Part shown: one piece after another, positions 58,701-64,000 of the stretch
How the letters are laid out: each line of letters opens with the position of its first letter
Numbering within the stretch: the stretch's first letter is position 1
Source of the DNA: Yuukianura sp. NJ FZ-2021
Lineage: Eukaryota
Assembly (NCBI GenBank): GCA_046563655.1
Contig: JAJCTO010000011.1
Coordinates: 124,001-188,000, forward strand
Direction: 5' to 3'
Length of the DNA: 64,000 bases
Notes under the pieces: generated by a model
The model's input: only the letters and a program-made list of their open reading frames with translations
Told to the model about the DNA's origin: nothing
The model's database searches: none
Made by a program: the position numbers and the translations under genes

Positions 58701-61700
58701 AACAACACTGGTTTCAAAAAACCACTTGAAGATCCTCAAACTAGACAAATGTCCCTATTTTTGTAGTCTGTCTCCATAGCGTCAAATTAGAATTGCTATC
58801 TTGGCACAATTCCGTTCCTCAGGATTCAATCAGACCTTAGTTGAAAAATATTTTCAACAACACTGGTTTCAAAAAACCACTTGAAGATCTTCAAACTAGA
58901 CAAATGTCATTATTTTTGTAGTCTGTATCCATAGCGTCAAGTTAAAATTGCTATCTTGGCACAATTCCGTTCCTCAGGATTCAATCAGACCTTAGTTGAA
59001 AAATATTTTCAACAACACTGGTTTCAAAAAACCACTTAAAGATCCTCAAACTAGACAAATGTCCCTATTTTTGTAGTCTGTCTCCATAGCGTCAAATTAA
59101 AATTGCTATCTTGGTACAATTCCGTTCCTCAGGATTGAATTTCAGACCTTAGTTGAAAAATATTTTCAACAACACTGGTTTCAAAAAACCACTGGAAGAT
59201 CCTCCAACTAGACAAATGTCCCTATTTTTGTAGTCTGTCTCCATAGCGTCAAATTAAAATTGCTATCTTGGCACAATTCCGTTCCTCAGGATTCAATCAG
59301 ACCTTAGTTGAAAAGTATTTTCAACAACACTGGTTTCAAAAAACCACTTGAAGATCCTCAAACCAGACAAATGTCCCTATTTTTGTAGTCTGTATCCATA
59401 GCGTCAAATTAAAATTGCTATCTTGGCACAATTCCGTTCCTCAGGATTCAATTAGACCTTAGTTGAAAAATATTTTCAACAACACTGGTTTCAAAAAACC
59501 ACTTGAAGATCCTCAAACTAGACAAATGTCCCTATTTTTGTAGTCTGTCTACATTGCGTCAAATTAAAATTGCTATCTTGGCACAATTCCGTTCCTCAGG
59601 ATTCAATCAGACCTTAGTTGAAAAATATTTTCAACAACACTGGTTTCAAAAAACCACTTGAAGATCCTCAAACTAGACAAATGTCCCTATTTTTGTAGTC
59701 TGTCTCCATAGCGTCAAATTAAAATTGCTATCTTGGCACAATTCCGTTCCTCAGGATTGAATTTCAGACCTTAGTTGAAAAATATTTTCAACAACACTGG
59801 TTTCAAAAAACCACTTGAAGATCTTCAAACTAGACAAATGTCATTATTTTTGTAGTCTGTATCCATAGCGTCAAGTTAAAATTGCTATCTTGGCACAATT
59901 CCGTTCCTCAGGATTCAATCAGACCTTAGTTGAAAAATATTTTCAACAACACTGGTTTCAAAAAACCACTGGAAGATCCTCCAACTAGACAAATGTCCCT
60001 ATTTTTGTAGTCTGTCTCCATAGCGTCAAATTAAAATTGCTATCTTGGCACAATTCCGTTCCTCAGGATTCAATCAGACCTTAGTTGAAAAGTATTTTCA
60101 ACAACACTGGTTTCAAAAAACCACTTGAAGATCCTCAAACCAGACAAATGTCCCTATTTTTGTAGTCTGTATCCATAGCGTCAAATTAAAATTGCTATCT
60201 TGGCACAATTCCGTTCCTCAGGATTCAATTAGACCTTAGTTGAAAAATATTTTCAACAACACTGGTTTCAAAAAACCACTTGAAGATCCTCAAACTAGAC
60301 AAATGTCCCTATTTTTGTAGTCTGTCTACATTGCGTCAAATTAAAATTGCTATCTTGGCACAATTCCGTTCCTCAGGATTCAATCAGACCTTAGTTGAAA
60401 AATATTTTCAACAACACTGGTTTCAAAAAACCACTTGAAGATCCTCAAACTAGACAAATGTCCCTATTTTTGTAGTCTGTCTCCATAGCGTCAAATTAAA
60501 ATTGCTATCTTGGCACAATTCCGTTCCTCAGGATTGAATTTCAGACCTTAGTTGAAAAATATTTTCAACAACACTGGTTTCAAAAAACCACTTGAAGATC
60601 TTCAAACTAGACAAATGTCATTATTTTTGTAGTCTGTATCCATAGCGTCAAGTTAAAATTGCTATCTTGGCACAATTCCGTTCCTCAGGATTCAATCAGA
60701 CCTTAGTTGAAAAATATTTTCAACAACACTGGTTTCAAAAAACCACTTAAAGATCCTCAAACTAGACAAATGTCCCTATTTTTGTAGTCTGTCTCCATAG
60801 CGTCAAATTAAAATTGCTATCTTGGTACAATTCCGTTCCTCAGGATTGAATTTCAGACCTTAGTTGAAAAATATTTTCAACAACACTGGTTTCAAAAAAC
60901 CACTTGAAGATCCTCAAACTAGACAAATGTCCCTATTTTTGTAGTCTGTCTACATTGCGTCAAATTAAAATTGCTATCTTGGCACAATTCCGTTCCTCAG
61001 GATTCAATCAGACCTTAGTTGAAAAATATTTTCAACAACACTGGTTTCAAAAAACCACTTGAAGATCCTCAAACTAGACAAATGTCCCTATTTTTGTAGT
61101 CTGTCTCCATAGCGTCAAATTAAAATTGCTATCTTGGCACAATTCCGTTCCTCAGGATTGAATTTCAGACCTTAGTTGAAAAATATTTTCAACAACACTG
61201 GTTTCAAAAAACCACTTGAAGATCTTCAAACTAGACAAATGTCATTATTTTTGTAGTCTGTATCCATAGCGTCAAGTTAAAATTGCTATCTTGGCACAAT
61301 TCCGTTCCTCAGGATTCAATCAGACCTTAGTTGAAAAATATTTTCAACAACACTGGTTTCAAAAAACCACTTAAAGATCCTCAAACTAGACAAATGTCCC
61401 TATTTTTGTAGTCTGTCTCCATAGCGTCAAATTAAAATTGCTATCTTGGTACAATTCCGTTCCTCAGGATTGAATTTCAGACCTTAGTTGAAAAATATTT
61501 TCAACAACACTGGTTTCAAAAAACCACTTGAAGATCCTCAAACTAGACAAATGTCCCTATTTTTGTAGTCTGTCTCCATAGCGTCAAATTAAAATTGCTA
61601 TCTTGGCACAATTCCGTTCCTCAGGATTCAATCAGACCTTAGTTGAAAAGTATTTTCAACAACACTGGTTTCAAAAAACCACTTGAAGATCCTCAAACCA

Positions 61701-64000
61701 GACAAATGTCCATATTTTTATAGTCTGTATCCATAGCGTCAAATTAAAATTGCTATCTTGGCACAATTCCGTTCCTCAGGATTCAATTAGACCTTAGTTG
61801 AAAAATATTTTCAACAACACTGGTTTCAAAAAACCACTTGAAGATCCTTCAAACTAGACAAATGTCCCATTATTTTTGTAGTCTGTATCCATAGCGTCAA
61901 AGTTAAAATTGCTATCTTGGCACAATTCCGTTCCTCAGGATTCAATCAGACCTTAGTTGAAAAATATTTTCAACAACACTGGTTTCAAAAAACCACTTAA
62001 AGATCCTCAAACTAGACAAATGTCCCTATTTTTGTAGTCTGTCTCCATAGCGTCAAATTAAAATTGCTATCTTGGTACAATTCCGTTCCTCAGGATTGAA
62101 TTTCAGACCTTAGTTGAAAAATATTTTCAACAACACTGGTTTCAAAAAACCACTTGAAGATCCTCAAACTAGACAAATGTCCCTATTTTTGTAGTCTGTC
62201 TACATTGCGTCAAATTAAAATTGCTATCTTGGCACAATTCCGTTCCTCAGGATTCAATCAGACCTTAGTTGAAAAATATTTTCAACAACACTGGTTTCAA
62301 AAAACCACTTGAAGATCCTCAAACTAGACAAATGTCCCTATTTTTGTAGTCTGTCTCCATAGCGTCAAATTAAAATTGCTATCTTGGCACAATTCCGTTC
62401 CTCAGGATTGAATTTCAGACCATTAGTTGAAAAATATTTTCAACAACACTGGTTTCAAAAAACCACTTGAAGATCCTTCAAACTAGACAAATGTCCCATT
62501 ATTTTTGTAGTCTGTATCCATAGCGTCAAAGTTAAAATTGCTATCTTGGCACAATTCCGTTCCTCAGGATTCAATCAGACCTTAGTTGAAAAATATTTTC
62601 AACAACACTGGTTTCAAAAAACCACTTGAAGATCCTCAAACTAGACAAATGTCCCTATTTTTGTAGTCTGTCTCCATAGCGTCAAATTAAAATTGCTATC
62701 TTGGTACAATTCCGTTCCTCAGGATTGAATTTCAGACCTTAGTTGAAAAATATTTTCAACAACACTGGTTTCAAAAACCACTTGAAGATCCTCAAACTAG
62801 ACAAATGTCCCTATTTTTGTAGTCTGTCTCCATAGCGTCAAATTAAAATTGCTATCTTGGCACAATTCCGTTCCTCAGGATTCAATCAGACCTTAGTTGA
62901 AAATATTTTCAACACTGGTTTCAAAAAACCACTTGAAGATCCTCAAACCAGACAAATGTCCCATATTTTTATAGTCTGTATCCATAGCGTCAAATTAAAA
63001 TTGCTATCTTGGCACAATTCCGTTCCTCAGGATTCAATCAGACCTTAGTTGAAAAATATTTTCAACAACACTGGTTTCAAAAAACCACTTGAAGATCCTC
63101 AAACTAGACAAATGTCATTTTTTTTGTAGTCTGTATCTATAGCGTCAAATTAAAATTGCTATCTTGGCACAATTCCGTTCCTCAGGATTCAATCAGACCT
63201 TAGTTGAAAAATATTTTCAACAACACTGGTTTCAAAAAACCACTTGAAGATCCTCAAACTAGACAAATGTCCCTATTTTTGTAGTCTGTCTCCATAGCGT
63301 CAAATTAAAATTGCTATCTTGGCACAATTCCGTTCCTCAGGATTCAATCAGACCTTAGTTGAAAAATATTTTCAACAACACTGGTTTCAAAAAACCACTT
63401 GAAGATCCTCAAACTAGACAAATGTCCCTATTTTTGTAGTCTGTCTCCATAGCGTCAAATTAAAATTGCTATCTTGGCACAATTCCGTTCCTCAGGATTG
63501 AATTTCAGACCTTAGTTGAAAAATATTTTCAACAACACTGGTTTCAAAAAACCACTTGAAGATCTTCAAACTAGACAAATGTCATTATTTTTGTAGTCTG
63601 TATCCATAGCGTCAAAGTTAAAATTGCTATCTTGGCACAATTCCGTTCCTCAGGATTCAATCAGACCTTAGTTGAAAAATATTTTCAACAACACTGGTTT
63701 CAAAAAACCACTTAAAGATCCTCAAACTAGACAAATGTCCCTATTTTTGTAGTCTGTCTCCATAGCGTCAAATTAAAATTGCTATCTTGGTACAATTCCG
63801 TTCCTCAGGATTGAATTTCAGACCTTAGTTGAAAAATATTTTCAACAACACTGGTTTCAAAAAACCACTTGAAGATCCTCAAACTAGACAAATGTCCCTA
63901 TTTTTGTAGTCTGTCTCCATAGCGTCAAATTAAAATTGCTATCTTGGCACAATTCCGTTCCTCAGGATTCAATCAGACCTTAGTTGAAAAAGTATTTTCA
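55780..64000. repeat. 155-bp (some 156-bp) tandem satellite, >50 copies, with local higher-order duplications
   Basis: aaattgctatcttggcacaattccgttcctcagg recurs at 55841, 55996 and 56151. The array runs off the window end. Confidence 0.98.

Noticed and set aside
55780..64000. CRISPR-like array interpretation of the satellites and the 63-bp and gcttcatct repeats
   Set aside because: Units are contiguous with no unique spacers, there are no cas genes, and the context is intron-containing eukaryotic DNA.

Overview
This is eukaryotic, intron-containing invertebrate DNA. It looks arthropod, and the divergent ionotropic-receptor-like, lipocalin-like and crystallin-like genes suggest a springtail-type genome (inference). 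About 51 kb of gene- and TE-rich sequence lies between two satellite arrays: a higher-order repeat of 153-236 bp monomers at 1-4760 and a 155-bp satellite at ~55780-64000. Host genes are Fam20C-like kinase (-), USP39/SAD1 (+), RalGDS/RGL-like GEF (+), MRPS11 (-), a secreted lipocalin-like gene, an IR-like pseudogene and a secreted beta/gamma-crystallin-like gene. Two mobile elements stand out. (1) A 4.6-kb DNA transposon (13093-17684) sits at AAA|TTT with no target-site duplication, a Spy-type signature. Its predicted five-exon gene splices cleanly into one 1029-aa protein: Cys-rich N-terminus, 8x21-aa repeats, an OTUD3-like deubiquitinase with catalytic motifs intact, a DD48E PIF/Harbinger-type transposase and a SWIM finger. 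It also has a GC-rich structured, T-terminated RNA-like module near its 3' end, and a non-autonomous relative lies at 4943-5852. (2) A 7.6-kb LTR element (33509-41136; 605-bp LTRs, 4-bp TSD, tRNA-Gly-like PBS) has no recognisable gag-pol. It carries an apparently catalytically dead RRP6/EXOSC10-like gene behind an internal degenerate copy of the LTR promoter, a LINE 3' fragment and a small signal-peptide/TM ORF. Other TEs are a DD41D Tc1/mariner, a deleted Harbinger, three foldback MITEs with 8-bp TSDs and DINE-1/HINE-like elements. All homology calls are by motif recognition, not database search.
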